IMG/VR virus record: IMGVR_UViG_3300010885_066780
Source: an uncultured virus (IMG/VR IMGVR_UViG_3300010885_066780)
Taxonomy: Duplodnaviria; Heunggongvirae; Uroviricota; Caudoviricetes
Length of the DNA: 64,000 bases
Strand: one strand, 5' to 3'
The first letter of the stretch is position 1; each line of letters begins with the position of its first letter. Shown piece after piece: positions 1 to 9,796 of the stretch. The translations under genes and the position numbers were made by a program. The notes under the pieces are model-generated. The model did not search any database, was not told the DNA's origin, and was given only the letters and a program-made list of their open reading frames with translations.

Positions 1-541
1 GTTTTAAAAATTCACCACATACCAAACAATCAACATCTGCTCTATGGAGCGCCCGATTTTCAACAGGTAGATCAAAATAGTATCGGAAATAATTTAATGA
101 AAAGGTAGTTATTGGAAAATCAGGAAGCAGTAATTGTTTTGCCAGACGCAGTGTACAAATCCAATTATCTGTATTTGCTAATTGAGCTGCCTGTTCCAAA
201 AAATTTAACTTTTTATAATTGTTGACTAGAATATCCCTGTCGAATTTAGCATTATGTGCGACCCATATTGGCATCTCGTCAAATCCCAGCAAATTATTTG
301 CAACTGGAATTGATTCAGAAAACTTGAGTCGGCCAGCCAGTAATTGTCTGCTTATATTATTAACCGCCGAAGCTTCAGCTGGGATCGGAATCCAAGAATC
401 AAACAAGCTGGAATTAGTCTGCCAGTTGTCAACGTTGAAATTCCAAACTGCCATGCCGATTTCTACTAGCTCAGCAGCTTCTATATCGGTGAATGTTGTT
501 TCAGTATCTATGACGCGAATTTTTGATAAAAGTTTTTTCAT
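1..541 (-). CDS. DEDDh 3'-5' exonuclease (DNA Pol III epsilon-like), runs off the window edge
   Basis: Manual translation from ATG at 541: MKKLLSKIRVIDTETT (Exo I DxET), WVAHNAKFDRD (Exo II), ICTLRLAK. Absent from the ORF track because it is truncated. Confidence 0.8.
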   Translation of the reverse strand, partial: MKKLLSKIRVIDTETTFTDIEAAELVEIGMAVWNFNVDNWQTNSSLFDSWIPIPAEASAVNNISRQLLAGRLKFSESIPVANNLLGFDEMPIWVAHNAKFDRDILVNNYKKLNFLEQAAQLANTDNWICTLRLAKQLLLPDFPITTFSLNYFRYYFDLPVENRALHRADVDCLVCGEFLK

Positions 542-555
542 AGTCTAATTATAGG

Positions 556-1344
556 TCAAAAATACTCAATGTCAACTTTGGCATAATTGTCTCTGTTTTC
601 TCGGTTATGGATATTCAAATAATAAATTTGATTGGGGTTGATCCACTGATAATAGATTGCTTCTTGTATCAAACTGTTTAAGATACCAACGTCATACAAA
701 CATATGCTGGCAATTTGTGATTTGGCAAGTGGTTGAGCAGAAATATTTCCAGTTAGTGTAATGGGCCTACCAAGTAAATTTGTGCCATTGATAAATTGGC
801 TGGGCCACATTGACAAAGCGAATTGCTGAGTAGGCTCAAACAGTTCTTGTATGGCTGTAAAGCGAACCTGTGCTCTATCACGTACTTCAAAAGGAAAACA
901 GATTGTTTGACCACGCGGAATGAAATATATGTTATTAGGTGGGGTTTCTGTGACTATTTGAACATTTTCTGGAAGTGGGAATTGGTTTTCAATTATTGTG
1001 CGGGGGATTCCGGGTACATAGGGAGTTTCCCATAAAACTCCTGTTAAAACAAAATTCGAAAGTCCATATCTACTATAAACTTGAATTATGTCACCGGTGT
1101 TTAAATGTAAATTTTGTAGATGCAGTGGCCGATTACCGGGAATTTCAACTTCATAGGCAATCCACATAGTATTGTTTGGTATAGAACCAGCTGGGGCTAT
1201 TCTAACTCGAATGCGATCCGCTTGATTGCTGGTATTGTTACAAACCAACATGGCTTGTATTTGAGATCGTTCTGGAACCAAATACATGTCAACTAAATCA
1301 TTGGCATCTGGTTTCGTTTCAGAAAATATTTGTCGAGTGATCAT
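556..1344 (-). CDS. hypothetical protein, probably virion structural
   Basis: 262-aa ORF co-oriented with a collagen-repeat gene; beta-rich composition. Confidence 0.55.
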   Translation of the reverse strand: MITRQIFSETKPDANDLVDMYLVPERSQIQAMLVCNNTSNQADRIRVRIAPAGSIPNNTMWIAYEVEIPGNRPLHLQNLHLNTGDIIQVYSRYGLSNFVLTGVLWETPYVPGIPRTIIENQFPLPENVQIVTETPPNNIYFIPRGQTICFPFEVRDRAQVRFTAIQELFEPTQQFALSMWPSQFINGTNLLGRPITLTGNISAQPLAKSQIASICLYDVGILNSLIQEAIYYQWINPNQIYYLNIHNRENRDNYAKVDIEYF

Positions 1345-1347
1345 TCG

Positions 1348-1788
1348 TCAGATCCTAGATATAATCCACCAATTTGGTTGATCAAAAACAGGAGCATAGA
1401 CCACAGTAATAGAACCATATGCAGATGATATAACCGCATCAATTTGATTTTCTATGTATCCTGTATCTGGCAATAAGTTGATTTGATTTGTTGCAATTCC
1501 CAAATTACCACTCAAATCTTTTATACTGCATGTCCAACCAGGAGTCATTTGTGACGTTATTAATGTGACATTTGTTATGGTGTCATTAATTATGCCAATG
1601 AATCGATCTTGATTGGTCATCACATAGGAATTTGATGTGACTATTACAGAATTGCCTATTGCAGGACCAGTAGGGCCGATTGGACCAGTATAACCAGAAT
1701 TGGGTCCGGTGGGACCTATTAGGCCAGGTGAGCCAGTTGGTCCGGTGGGTCCTTGTACTGTTGTAGGGGGATAGGAATAAAGTGTCAT
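1348..1788 (-). CDS. short collagen-like (GPT repeat) virion/fibre protein
   Basis: N-terminal GPTGPTGSPG repeats; ATAAATA late-type motif just upstream. Confidence 0.65.
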   Translation of the reverse strand: MTLYSYPPTTVQGPTGPTGSPGLIGPTGPNSGYTGPIGPTGPAIGNSVIVTSNSYVMTNQDRFIGIINDTITNVTLITSQMTPGWTCSIKDLSGNLGIATNQINLLPDTGYIENQIDAVISSAYGSITVVYAPVFDQPNWWIISRI

Positions 1789-1791
1789 ACC

Positions 1792-2040
1792 CTATTTATT
1801 GCGAGTCGGAACAGGAATTTCCCAACCATCAGTTATGAATTCCAGTTGCCCAATTCTACAAATGAAATTACGTTGTCGAGGTTTCTTTTCCAGCGTCATT
1901 TGAAATCCACTGGGCAATTCGGCTTTGATACGAGTGTCAGTTCTTTCAATAACAAAGCTTTTGACTTTTTGAGTAACCGTATTGCATTCAATAATTATTC
2001 TGGGCCTAGGATCAGTTATTTTCGCAGTCAAATGTTCCAC
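1792..2040 (-). CDS. hypothetical protein
   Basis: 82-aa ORF tightly packed between neighbours. Confidence 0.5.
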   Translation of the reverse strand: MEHLTAKITDPRPRIIIECNTVTQKVKSFVIERTDTRIKAELPSGFQMTLEKKPRQRNFICRIGQLEFITDGWEIPVPTRNK

Positions 2041-2399
2041 CCTAATTCAGAAAATTTTGTTTGCCAAGTTTCAAAAACTGTGTCATGGCCACACATTTCA
2101 TTTTTTAAGATTTGCCATTGCCAGATATGAACCATTTCATGAAGCAACGTGGTTTCAAAATCTCGTTTGGTATCAAATTCATCAGTCAAATATAGTTCGT
2201 CGGTTGTTATGTCTTCATCAAATGGAATATAAGCTCCCAGCTCAGTATCCATGTATTCTATTATAATTTCATTTGGGAGATTCAATTTTGATTCAAAATA
2301 TTTTTGGTTAAACCGTTTAAAAGTTTTTGTCAATTTTTTATTTGTTGTTGTAATCATTAGTGTTTCCTTACTAGTCACTATTTTATTGAAAGGGATCAA
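2028..2399 (-). CDS. SprT-like zinc metalloprotease
   Basis: F..FN..YF...L, LLHEMVH (HExxH) and GH...F motifs; true start probably the internal Met (MITTT). Confidence 0.8.
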   Translation of the reverse strand: MIPFNKIVTSKETLMITTTNKKLTKTFKRFNQKYFESKLNLPNEIIIEYMDTELGAYIPFDEDITTDELYLTDEFDTKRDFETTLLHEMVHIWQWQILKNEMCGHDTVFETWQTKFSELGWNI

Positions 2400-2408
2400 C
2401 TAGAATCA

Positions 2409-2415
2409 ATAAATA
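2409..2415 (+). promoter_or_regulatory. representative T4-like late promoter motif ATAAATA
   Basis: The same motif precedes many genes (e.g. before 13131, 18517, 20495, 25133, 28299, 43010, 49469, 54277 and numerous minus-strand genes). Confidence 0.65.
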
Positions 2416-2420
2416 GCTGT

Positions 2421-2960
2421 ATGGAATTTTTCAGACTCTTAGAATCTCACAACAAAACATTGACTTTAAATGCATTGCCGGAAAAATCTGGCAGCTTTGA
2501 ACCTGTTCTAAGTTCAAAAGCCGTAAAATTTCACCATGATGTGTTGGCCAAAGGTTATGTGGATCGATATAACCATCAGGAAGGTGATCCCAAATTTAAT
2601 GAAGCTGGTGCGTTTTTGCACAACTTGTATTTTGATCAGTTCAGTCAACCTGATTCTACCACCATGCCTAGTCAATTGACCAAATTTTTGAAACAGCATT
2701 TCCAGTCAGTTGATAAATTTAAGAAACAATTTGAAGAAACTGCTCTAAAAACACAGGGATCAGGCTGGTGTTATTTGTCTAAAAAAGGCACAATTGAATT
2801 GATCGCTAATCACCAAATCAAAAGGGACGTTGCTCTAATTATAGACATGTGGGAGCACGCATTCATATTAGACTATCAAGCAGATAAGCCAGCCTATCTT
2901 GCCAATCATTGGAAAATCATAGATTGGCAAGTTGTTCAAGATCGACTAGTAACTATTTAG
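2421..2960 (+). CDS. sod: Fe/Mn superoxide dismutase
   Basis: FHHD, FLHN, GSGW and DMWEHAF metal-ligand motifs. Confidence 0.9.
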   Translation: MEFFRLLESHNKTLTLNALPEKSGSFEPVLSSKAVKFHHDVLAKGYVDRYNHQEGDPKFNEAGAFLHNLYFDQFSQPDSTTMPSQLTKFLKQHFQSVDKFKKQFEETALKTQGSGWCYLSKKGTIELIANHQIKRDVALIIDMWEHAFILDYQADKPAYLANHWKIIDWQVVQDRLVTI

Positions 2961-3669
2961 ACTTGGGTTTTCTGGAAAAATTGTTGACTTGACGGACCGT
3001 GCTCATGGGACTTCTGCTGCCATCAGTAACTGGATCTTCTCCTGCAAACGGATCAAATTTGAATTCATTCCTGGAGTTAGTAGTTAGTGGGCTAGCGACA
3101 CCAGAATCATTGTCAAATTCACGAAGGAAAGTGGCATAACGCTGGGTCAACTTTTTCAGCTTTTGGGTAGCTTCATTCACGAGGGTATTGTCACCCAATT
3201 TACCGAATTTTTCATCAGGATTATAATATTGAGTGGATTCCAGGCCTTCGTATTCTGATTGTTGGTCTTTTGTATCAGGCTGATGCCCCCAATCATTTGA
3301 TGTCGCTAGATCTTCAGCTACCATACGTTCGTCACAGCAACATTCAGTTTTCAATTCACCACATCCATCACAACAGTCATCAGATGGACAACAGCATTCC
3401 GATTTATTTTCTCCACACCCAGCGCATTGTTGGTTAGAATCACAGCAGCATTCTGTTTTGTGTTCTCCACATGCTGGACAACAATCATTTGGGCCACATT
3501 CACAGGGATCCATATTGCAATTGGGACAAATTTCATCTGGTTCACAAGTTGGGCAACGATCTTCTTCCAACATGGAACCACATTCCATGCAAGTGGTTGG
3601 ATAGGTTTGTGAATACATGTCTTCTGAAATACCAGCTAGCTGGCGGAAACGTTTGATATCATCCATCAT
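2953..3669 (-). CDS. Cys-rich (metallothionein-like repeat) protein
   Basis: Repeated CxxCGExKxECCC units in the centre; N-terminus MDDIKRFRQLAGISE. Confidence 0.7.
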   Translation of the reverse strand: MMDDIKRFRQLAGISEDMYSQTYPTTCMECGSMLEEDRCPTCEPDEICPNCNMDPCECGPNDCCPACGEHKTECCCDSNQQCAGCGENKSECCCPSDDCCDGCGELKTECCCDERMVAEDLATSNDWGHQPDTKDQQSEYEGLESTQYYNPDEKFGKLGDNTLVNEATQKLKKLTQRYATFLREFDNDSGVASPLTTNSRNEFKFDPFAGEDPVTDGSRSPMSTVRQVNNFSRKPKSK

Positions 3670-4415
3670 GAGTTTTTCTTTCCTTTGGTATTGGCTTGCT
3701 TGGGGGATGCAGAAGCATCAAATCCACCAAATCGATCTTGAAATGCTGAACTAGCGGGTGGCTTAACTGCCTTGTCATAGCTATAAACTGGCTTGGGAGT
3801 GTCCATTTCAGCATTATAATCAGCAGTATCTAATTTGGAATCCAGTGGATTGGATTTGACTTTAGACATGTCCAACCAACTAAACAGCGGAGCATCTGGC
3901 TCCACTTCAGTTGACTTTCGATCTTCTTTGACTTTGGCCAGATAATTTAGGAGTGATTTGTTGTATTCATCACCAAATAAATCACCAATGTCAGGTGATT
4001 CCCAGTCTTCATATTCACGTTTGGTACTCAACCTAGCAGCAGTAACAATGTCATTAGATTTCTTTTCTTGCTCAATTTCTGCATATTGTTCAATGGGTTC
4101 AGCTTGTGAACGGACAATAAGAAGTGAAGGATTGATTCTGAGTGCTGCGGAAATTTCATGATGTAGAATGTATGGACTGAATGGAAGTTCTACTGTAGCA
4201 GTTGTTCGCCAAACGGTTTTGTTTTTGATATCTATGAAATCAGAACGATCATTTTTAATTTCACTGGGTTCTTCAAAATGGGTTAATTCAAATCGTTCTA
4301 AAATACGTTTTAGAAGTTTGAGTTGTTCATCAGTGGGGTTTTCAACTGTTTTGATGACAACAGTTCCTGAAATTGTTGATTCTGATAGATAATTTTTAAG
4401 TGGTTTAATCATCAA
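3666..4415 (-). CDS. hypothetical protein (possible head/scaffold-associated)
   Basis: 249-aa ORF, N-terminus KPLKNYLSES, late motif upstream. Confidence 0.55.
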   Translation of the reverse strand: MMIKPLKNYLSESTISGTVVIKTVENPTDEQLKLLKRILERFELTHFEEPSEIKNDRSDFIDIKNKTVWRTTATVELPFSPYILHHEISAALRINPSLLIVRSQAEPIEQYAEIEQEKKSNDIVTAARLSTKREYEDWESPDIGDLFGDEYNKSLLNYLAKVKEDRKSTEVEPDAPLFSWLDMSKVKSNPLDSKLDTADYNAEMDTPKPVYSYDKAVKPPASSAFQDRFGGFDASASPKQANTKGKKNS

Positions 4416-4476
4416 AGTCTCCTGTATAAGCTATTTATGCTTTCAATTGTCACAGGAGATGATTGGGCGGGGTAGG

Positions 4477-4638
4477 TTATTTTTCAGATGGTTCTTGTTG
4501 GAATTTGTCAGAAATTTGTTGTTTTAATTCTTCTATTTTGATTATAAGTCCACGTTGTCTTTCACGTGATCTTTCTGCCAAACCTTCACAAGCTTGTACA
4601 AATCGTTCTCGCGCAGCTTCTTTTTCTTCTTCAGTCAT
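4477..4638 (-). CDS. small coiled-coil protein (53 aa), paralog of 4641-4802
   Basis: Manual translation MTEEEKEAARERFVQACEGLAER... Confidence 0.6.
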   Translation of the reverse strand: MTEEEKEAARERFVQACEGLAERSRERQRGLIIKIEELKQQISDKFQQEPSEK

Positions 4639-4640
4639 TT

Positions 4641-4802
4641 TCAGCAATCATTTGATTCTAAAATTTGTTGTTTGATTTCCAAATTTTTTGCTGTAGCAGA
4701 AAGACGTATTGCTTCAAGTCTTTCAATCATTCCTTCTGTTGCTTGAAGAAATTTTTCACGAGCAGCTTCTTTTTCTTTATAACTCATTTTCTTTTTGGTC
4801 AT
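4641..4802 (-). CDS. small coiled-coil protein (53 aa), paralog of 4477-4638
   Basis: Manual translation MTKKKMSYKEKEAAREKFLQATEGMIER...; AAGGAG RBS upstream. Confidence 0.6.
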   Translation of the reverse strand: MTKKKMSYKEKEAAREKFLQATEGMIERLEAIRLSATAKNLEIKQQILESNDC

Positions 4803-4834
4803 GATATTTCTCCTTTATCGAAATTATAGATTCA

Positions 4835-5296
4835 TCAAACTTTTTTGTCAACTTCTTCAATGGCTATGGCTGCACGAGCTTCCTTAATTTGTTTGAGTAA
4901 ATCATTTCGGTCAAAAGTGGTGACTTCACCATCGATTGCTGTTGGTTCAGATGCTGCGGGAGACATGCGATCCAAACGAAGTCGGTCTAATTGTAACTTC
5001 ATCAGCTTAAGTCTTTTGTCAACCTTGCTGTTACGCGCATCCAAACTTATTTTTAACATGGTTGCAGCACTTTGGAATATTTCAGCTGAATGTCGTATTT
5101 CAACATTTTCACCCAACTCTTTCATGTCTGTATAACCAGTTAATGCTAACTGACTGATTTCATCCATTTCACGATCATGTTGATCCAATTCAATTTCAGG
5201 CTCTGATTCAACAAAATCAGTGTCTGACAGATCTTCTTCATTCAACTCGGCATCTTCAATATTGAATGTTTCTTTTAGTTTTTCAAAACGACTCAT
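4835..5296 (-). CDS. hypothetical helical protein (possible terminase small subunit)
   Basis: Helical 153-aa ORF with RNDLLK-type C-terminal motif, next to the head-completion gene. Confidence 0.45.
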   Translation of the reverse strand: MSRFEKLKETFNIEDAELNEEDLSDTDFVESEPEIELDQHDREMDEISQLALTGYTDMKELGENVEIRHSAEIFQSAATMLKISLDARNSKVDKRLKLMKLQLDRLRLDRMSPAASEPTAIDGEVTTFDRNDLLKQIKEARAAIAIEEVDKKV

Positions 5297-5754
5297 CGTT
5301 TGCCCTTGTTCCTATAAATTTGGTCTTCTGTTAAAATATTAAACTTGATATTATTTTTTTGACACCAGCGGATTGCAGCTTCCCATTTAGCAGAATTTAA
5401 AATTTGTGCACTTTTATCTCGTCGACTTTTAGCGAATTCAGCTAATGTTTCCTTTTTAGGTTTGACTTCTATTAATTCCGCATGCGTTTTCCCACGCTTG
5501 TCAATATAAACAACTAGAAAGTCAGGTATGTATTGTCGCATTTCTCGTGTGTTGAACGGGTTTTTATAGGGTATTTTAATAGCTTCGCTGGCCCATTGTA
5601 ACACACTGGGACTAGTATCAAAGAACTGCATAATAGTCAATTCCCAAGCACTGCGATAAAATGGATCTGGTTTGCCAATCAACTTTTTGGGATTTTTGGG
5701 AATAAACGTTCCTTGTGTAAATCGACTTCGATTGTCTTCGGGAGCTTTTCTCAT
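5293..5754 (-). CDS. head completion nuclease (T4 gp4-like, TnsA-like PD-(D/E)xK)
   Basis: PKNPKK, YRSAWE, WASE, YIPDF, IEVKP, KWEAA, ILTE motifs. Confidence 0.85.
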   Translation of the reverse strand: MRKAPEDNRSRFTQGTFIPKNPKKLIGKPDPFYRSAWELTIMQFFDTSPSVLQWASEAIKIPYKNPFNTREMRQYIPDFLVVYIDKRGKTHAELIEVKPKKETLAEFAKSRRDKSAQILNSAKWEAAIRWCQKNNIKFNILTEDQIYRNKGKR

Positions 5755-6215
5755 TTGCCGCCTGCAATTGCTGCTGAAACTGCACCAACTAACAACCGAT
5801 TGTTTGCCCAAGCTGGAGTAGTATTGATTTCAAATTGTGCAATTTGACTGCCAGCATCTCGCAAGCTATTAATTGACGCTAGAAAACTGGTTTCAAAAGC
5901 ACCATTTTTAAATAGCTCATATATACCAACGCCTGTTTGACTACTATAATAAGCTGCAATGGCAGCTAATGTTTGTGTCATTTCCACAGGTATATTTGAA
6001 TCACCAAAAATACCCAACGCATGATTGTAGGCATTGGTGCCTATTTGTCCTGCATAAACAGCTGGATTTTGATTCAACATGTCACTGATAGCATCAATAG
6101 GAACTGTTTTTCCTGTGTTATCAACATAACTTGTTGAGCCATTTGTGGTTGCAGCACTAATAGTACCAGTATTCAGTTGTATTTGTCTAGCAAGGCTATT
6201 TTTTGTTGTTGTCAT
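5751..6215 (-). CDS. hypothetical virion protein
   Basis: 154-aa ORF within the tail-tube operon. Confidence 0.5.
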   Translation of the reverse strand: MTTTKNSLARQIQLNTGTISAATTNGSTSYVDNTGKTVPIDAISDMLNQNPAVYAGQIGTNAYNHALGIFGDSNIPVEMTQTLAAIAAYYSSQTGVGIYELFKNGAFETSFLASINSLRDAGSQIAQFEINTTPAWANNRLLVGAVSAAIAGGK

Positions 6216-6222
6216 GAGTTCC

Positions 6223-7434
6223 TCAGAAAAAGTCTAATGCATCAGTATCAACTGCGTCTGCTGTTTGAATTGCAGCACCATTTGAAATTGCAGTGTTTGA
6301 ATCAACCGCAGACAGGGGATTTGATTGAGACAATTGTGATACTACAGTTGGCACAATACTGACCAACTGGCTGCTGGTTTGTGCAAATACAATGGTTGGA
6401 TCAACAGATCTAATTCCCCAATTAAACTTACCAAAACTTCCCAACACATTGGTTGGGGATGAAGTAACCAACCCACTAGTAATAGCATTAATTATTCCCG
6501 AATTGGATTGTGGCAATATATTTTTAAGAGGCGACACGGCTCCTCCAATCAGATTATTTACTAGTGTTGAAGAAAAACCCAGTCTAGTAGATATACTATT
6601 TGTCAGTGAATTTAATAGGCTATTAGGAGAAGACAGGCGCTGCAATAGACCATATGCATCCACCGCCAATTGATTATTGATGGGACGTGGAACGTTTTCC
6701 GGTTCAACAGTGACATCTACTGTGAATCCCATTTGATCAATTTGCTCTTGTGTTAGGAATTCTCCGGTTGCAGCATATTCGATAAATTCATAGTCGAGTC
6801 CCATACTGACTTCAGTCGTTTCGGCACCACTAGCAGAATCAAACCTCTGCCATTCAATTCTAGTAATACGAGGATTGATATAGTTGATTTGAGTATATCG
6901 GCCACCAAATATAGCATAAATTTCTATTTGTTGAAAAAAGTTTTTGGCTTCATTGATGGGTCGAAAACCCCACCCACTGGAATCATAAAAACTGGATTCT
7001 ACCAAAGCTGAATGTTTTGCAGCATCTGTTTTGGGACGACTGTCACCAAAATAATATTGGAAATATTTTAGCCAAATGGAATGCATTCTGTCATCAACTG
7101 TGTCATGAAATGTGATATTAGTTGGTGCGTATTTGACTTTGTTATATACCACTCGTTTTCTGTTGTATTCATTTACTTCTATGGTCTGCATATCAATACT
7201 TGGTCGATCAATTGATTTGACCATAAAACTAATACCATCTCGCCAATCCCCCAAATAAGTTAGTTCAGGATAAATTGCTGTCACTGTGGAATCCACAACA
7301 AAGTTCACATAGTACATGAACTTGGCGCGAGGGATTGCTCGCATTTGTTGTCCAGCAGCGTCTGAACCAAAGAAATGATTGGCCAGTTGTTTATTTCTAA
7401 ACAAAACAGGGGGTGATGTAGTGGGTATTGCCAT
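6223..7434 (-). CDS. tail tube-like / baseplate tube initiator protein
   Basis: VKSIDRPS, NEYNRKR, ITFHD (gp19/gp54-like tube fold); follows the tail tube gene. Confidence 0.7.
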   Translation of the reverse strand: MAIPTTSPPVLFRNKQLANHFFGSDAAGQQMRAIPRAKFMYYVNFVVDSTVTAIYPELTYLGDWRDGISFMVKSIDRPSIDMQTIEVNEYNRKRVVYNKVKYAPTNITFHDTVDDRMHSIWLKYFQYYFGDSRPKTDAAKHSALVESSFYDSSGWGFRPINEAKNFFQQIEIYAIFGGRYTQINYINPRITRIEWQRFDSASGAETTEVSMGLDYEFIEYAATGEFLTQEQIDQMGFTVDVTVEPENVPRPINNQLAVDAYGLLQRLSSPNSLLNSLTNSISTRLGFSSTLVNNLIGGAVSPLKNILPQSNSGIINAITSGLVTSSPTNVLGSFGKFNWGIRSVDPTIVFAQTSSQLVSIVPTVVSQLSQSNPLSAVDSNTAISNGAAIQTADAVDTDALDFF

Positions 7435-7456
7435 ACGACTATTTATGGCTCAAAAA

Positions 7457-8056
7457 TTAACCTATCAAAACACCAGCGGCTGTTGGTGGTTGTGAAGCAG
7501 GCATAATTGTTTGATCCTGTGTCGCGTTATCGAATCGGACTGTCATGTTGATGTCAAGATAACCAGTGGCATCACCATAGTCAAATTCATCATACCCAAC
7601 ATTTTTCAAAAAACAGCCTTCTAAATACCAGTTTTCCAATACACCATCAATACCACCATCCAAAGTTTCAATTTGCATGAAAAACTTGTAGTTGATACCA
7701 GCAAGTGGACTTGTTTGGTCGAAATGGTTCATTTGCTTTTGCAGTTGAGCACCAACTAAACGAGCAGCACTATTATTGACATCATCTCGGATACTTAGTG
7801 TGATAGTTGACCATTCTCCACGCCCGGCAAAATACATGATGTTATTATAACTTGTGGCAGAAGCTTCACCGGTATCAAATGTTGGACGACCAACCTTCAT
7901 TACTTGTCGCGTAATGTCTAGAGCTGAACCAATGGGTCCAAAGTTTTGTAGACTTACTCTAAAGCGATGTTTGAACTTGGGCGCAAGCATACCATTCCCA
8001 CTTGATCCAGCTACAAGTGGTACGCCAAATTTACTGAGTGTTGGTTGATAAGCCAT
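7457..8056 (-). CDS. tail tube protein (gp19-like)
   Basis: PKFKHRFRV, RP, AGRGEW.TITLSIRDD, W.LEGCF, ..TVRFDNA motifs. Confidence 0.8.
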   Translation of the reverse strand: MAYQPTLSKFGVPLVAGSSGNGMLAPKFKHRFRVSLQNFGPIGSALDITRQVMKVGRPTFDTGEASATSYNNIMYFAGRGEWSTITLSIRDDVNNSAARLVGAQLQKQMNHFDQTSPLAGINYKFFMQIETLDGGIDGVLENWYLEGCFLKNVGYDEFDYGDATGYLDINMTVRFDNATQDQTIMPASQPPTAAGVLIG

Positions 8057-8156
8057 TATTATACTCCTATTTTCAAACTATTTATCAGTTTGAAAAATTC
8101 TGAAAAAACTACCGCTTTAATTGTTTTTAGTTCAGTAATTGCCATATAATTATTGA

Positions 8157-9098
8157 ATGACAAAACAAATCGTTTACGTAACTGGGTGTGCTGGATTTAT
8201 TGGTTTTCATGTTGCCAGACAATGTTTAGAGCAGGATTGGTATGTACGAGGTATAGACAATGAGTCATTTGCTTCAGATCCCGACAATATTCGAGAACTG
8301 TTGACTTATCCCAATTTCGTCTATGATCGGCTGGATATCAATGACATTCAACATTTGTATGATGCAAACTATATTATCAATTGTGCAGCATCCACTCATG
8401 TGGACAATTCCATAATTGAAAATGCCAGTTTCTTACACAATAACGTAAATGGCGTACATCGACTATTGACTTTAATTCAGTATAAAGCTCGACGTCCCAC
8501 TTTAATTCATTTCAGCACAGATGAAGTCTATGGAGATTTGGAAACAGGTTTTAAAACAGAACAAGATTTATTATGTCCATCCAACCCATATGCTGCTACC
8601 AAAGCAGCGGCTGATCAATTGGTATTAGCTTGGCATAGGACCTATGGAATTCCCTATATCATTATTAGGCCCACGAATAATTATGGAACTCGGCAATATA
8701 TTGAAAAATTTATCCCTTCAATATTCAAAAATTTGAATTTGGGTAGAAAGATATTACTTCATGACCAGGGATTGCCACGCCGGACTTGGCTTCATGTGGA
8801 AGATACTGCGTCTGCTATTATTCATTTAATTAAATCCGGTGTTCAAAATGACATATTCAATATATCAGGTAACTACGAAGATCAAAACATTAATGTGTTG
8901 AAAAAAGCTTTGTTGTGTTCAGGAATTGATCCCGATTGCTACATAGATTATGTTGAAGCAGTGACACGTCTTGGTCAGGATGTTAGGTATGCAATTGATG
9001 ACCAAAAGATCAGGAATTTGGGATGGGATAATCAATTTAACTTTGATCAAGAACTTCCTCGCATTGCTAATTACTATAGAAACAAATTTATTTGGTGA
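8157..9098 (+). CDS. rfbB: dTDP-glucose 4,6-dehydratase (RmlB/RfbB-like)
   Basis: VTGCAGFIG, AASTHVDNSI, STDEVYG, PSNPYAATKAAAD, NNYG, D.RYAID. Confidence 0.9.
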   Translation: MTKQIVYVTGCAGFIGFHVARQCLEQDWYVRGIDNESFASDPDNIRELLTYPNFVYDRLDINDIQHLYDANYIINCAASTHVDNSIIENASFLHNNVNGVHRLLTLIQYKARRPTLIHFSTDEVYGDLETGFKTEQDLLCPSNPYAATKAAADQLVLAWHRTYGIPYIIIRPTNNYGTRQYIEKFIPSIFKNLNLGRKILLHDQGLPRRTWLHVEDTASAIIHLIKSGVQNDIFNISGNYEDQNINVLKKALLCSGIDPDCYIDYVEAVTRLGQDVRYAIDDQKIRNLGWDNQFNFDQELPRIANYYRNKFIW

Positions 9099-9796
9099 CA
9101 ATGCGAGTAGCGATACAAATATCAGGCCTATTAAGATACAGTGATCAATCAGTTAATTCACTAATAAGACATGTTATTGAGCCACTTGAAGCTGATGTTT
9201 TTGCCAGCTTTTGGAAAACTGATCCCAGCTATATCACTAGTTGGCAAACACAAATTAAACCAAATTTGATTGAAATTGAAAACTGGGATTTAATTAAACC
9301 AACTTTCAATCAATTAAGCAAATATCCCATTTACTCAAATTTGATTTCCATGTTGTGGAAGTTTTATCAAGTTAATAAATTAAAATCTGCTTATGAGTTA
9401 TCTAATAATTTTGCATATGATGCGGTCATACAGCTACGTTCTGATGGGTTGTTTTTTGAAAAATTCCCGAGAGATCAATTACAACAGGCTGTTGAACAAA
9501 AAAATGTACTGACTACATTGCGGTATAGTGAAAATATTGATCCTTTTATTTCGCCTCGAATGGCAGATACTTTGTTTTGTGGACCAACTGAACTAATGAA
9601 TCAGATTGCGGGTTTTATATGGCATCTGGAAACTCAATTAAAGACCAATGAAGAACAAAACACACATTATTTTTCTCAAGTGCCTGAAATACTGCAAAGT
9701 CAAATCTGGAATTCAAATAATATTTCAGTGACTAAATTAACTGGAAGTGGTCCTGAAAATAACTATCATTGGGATTTAGACCCAGGAAGGAAATAG
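9092..9796 (+). CDS. putative glycosyltransferase-associated protein
   Basis: RVAIQISG.LR and YD.VI..R.D motifs typical of viral sugar-cluster proteins; lies between the dehydratase and the GT. Confidence 0.55.
   Translation: MVTMRVAIQISGLLRYSDQSVNSLIRHVIEPLEADVFASFWKTDPSYITSWQTQIKPNLIEIENWDLIKPTFNQLSKYPIYSNLISMLWKFYQVNKLKSAYELSNNFAYDAVIQLRSDGLFFEKFPRDQLQQAVEQKNVLTTLRYSENIDPFISPRMADTLFCGPTELMNQIAGFIWHLETQLKTNEEQNTHYFSQVPEILQSQIWNSNNISVTKLTGSGPENNYHWDLDPGRK

Noticed and set aside
219..548. Plus-strand 109-aa ORF
   Set aside because: Antisense to the DEDDh exonuclease.
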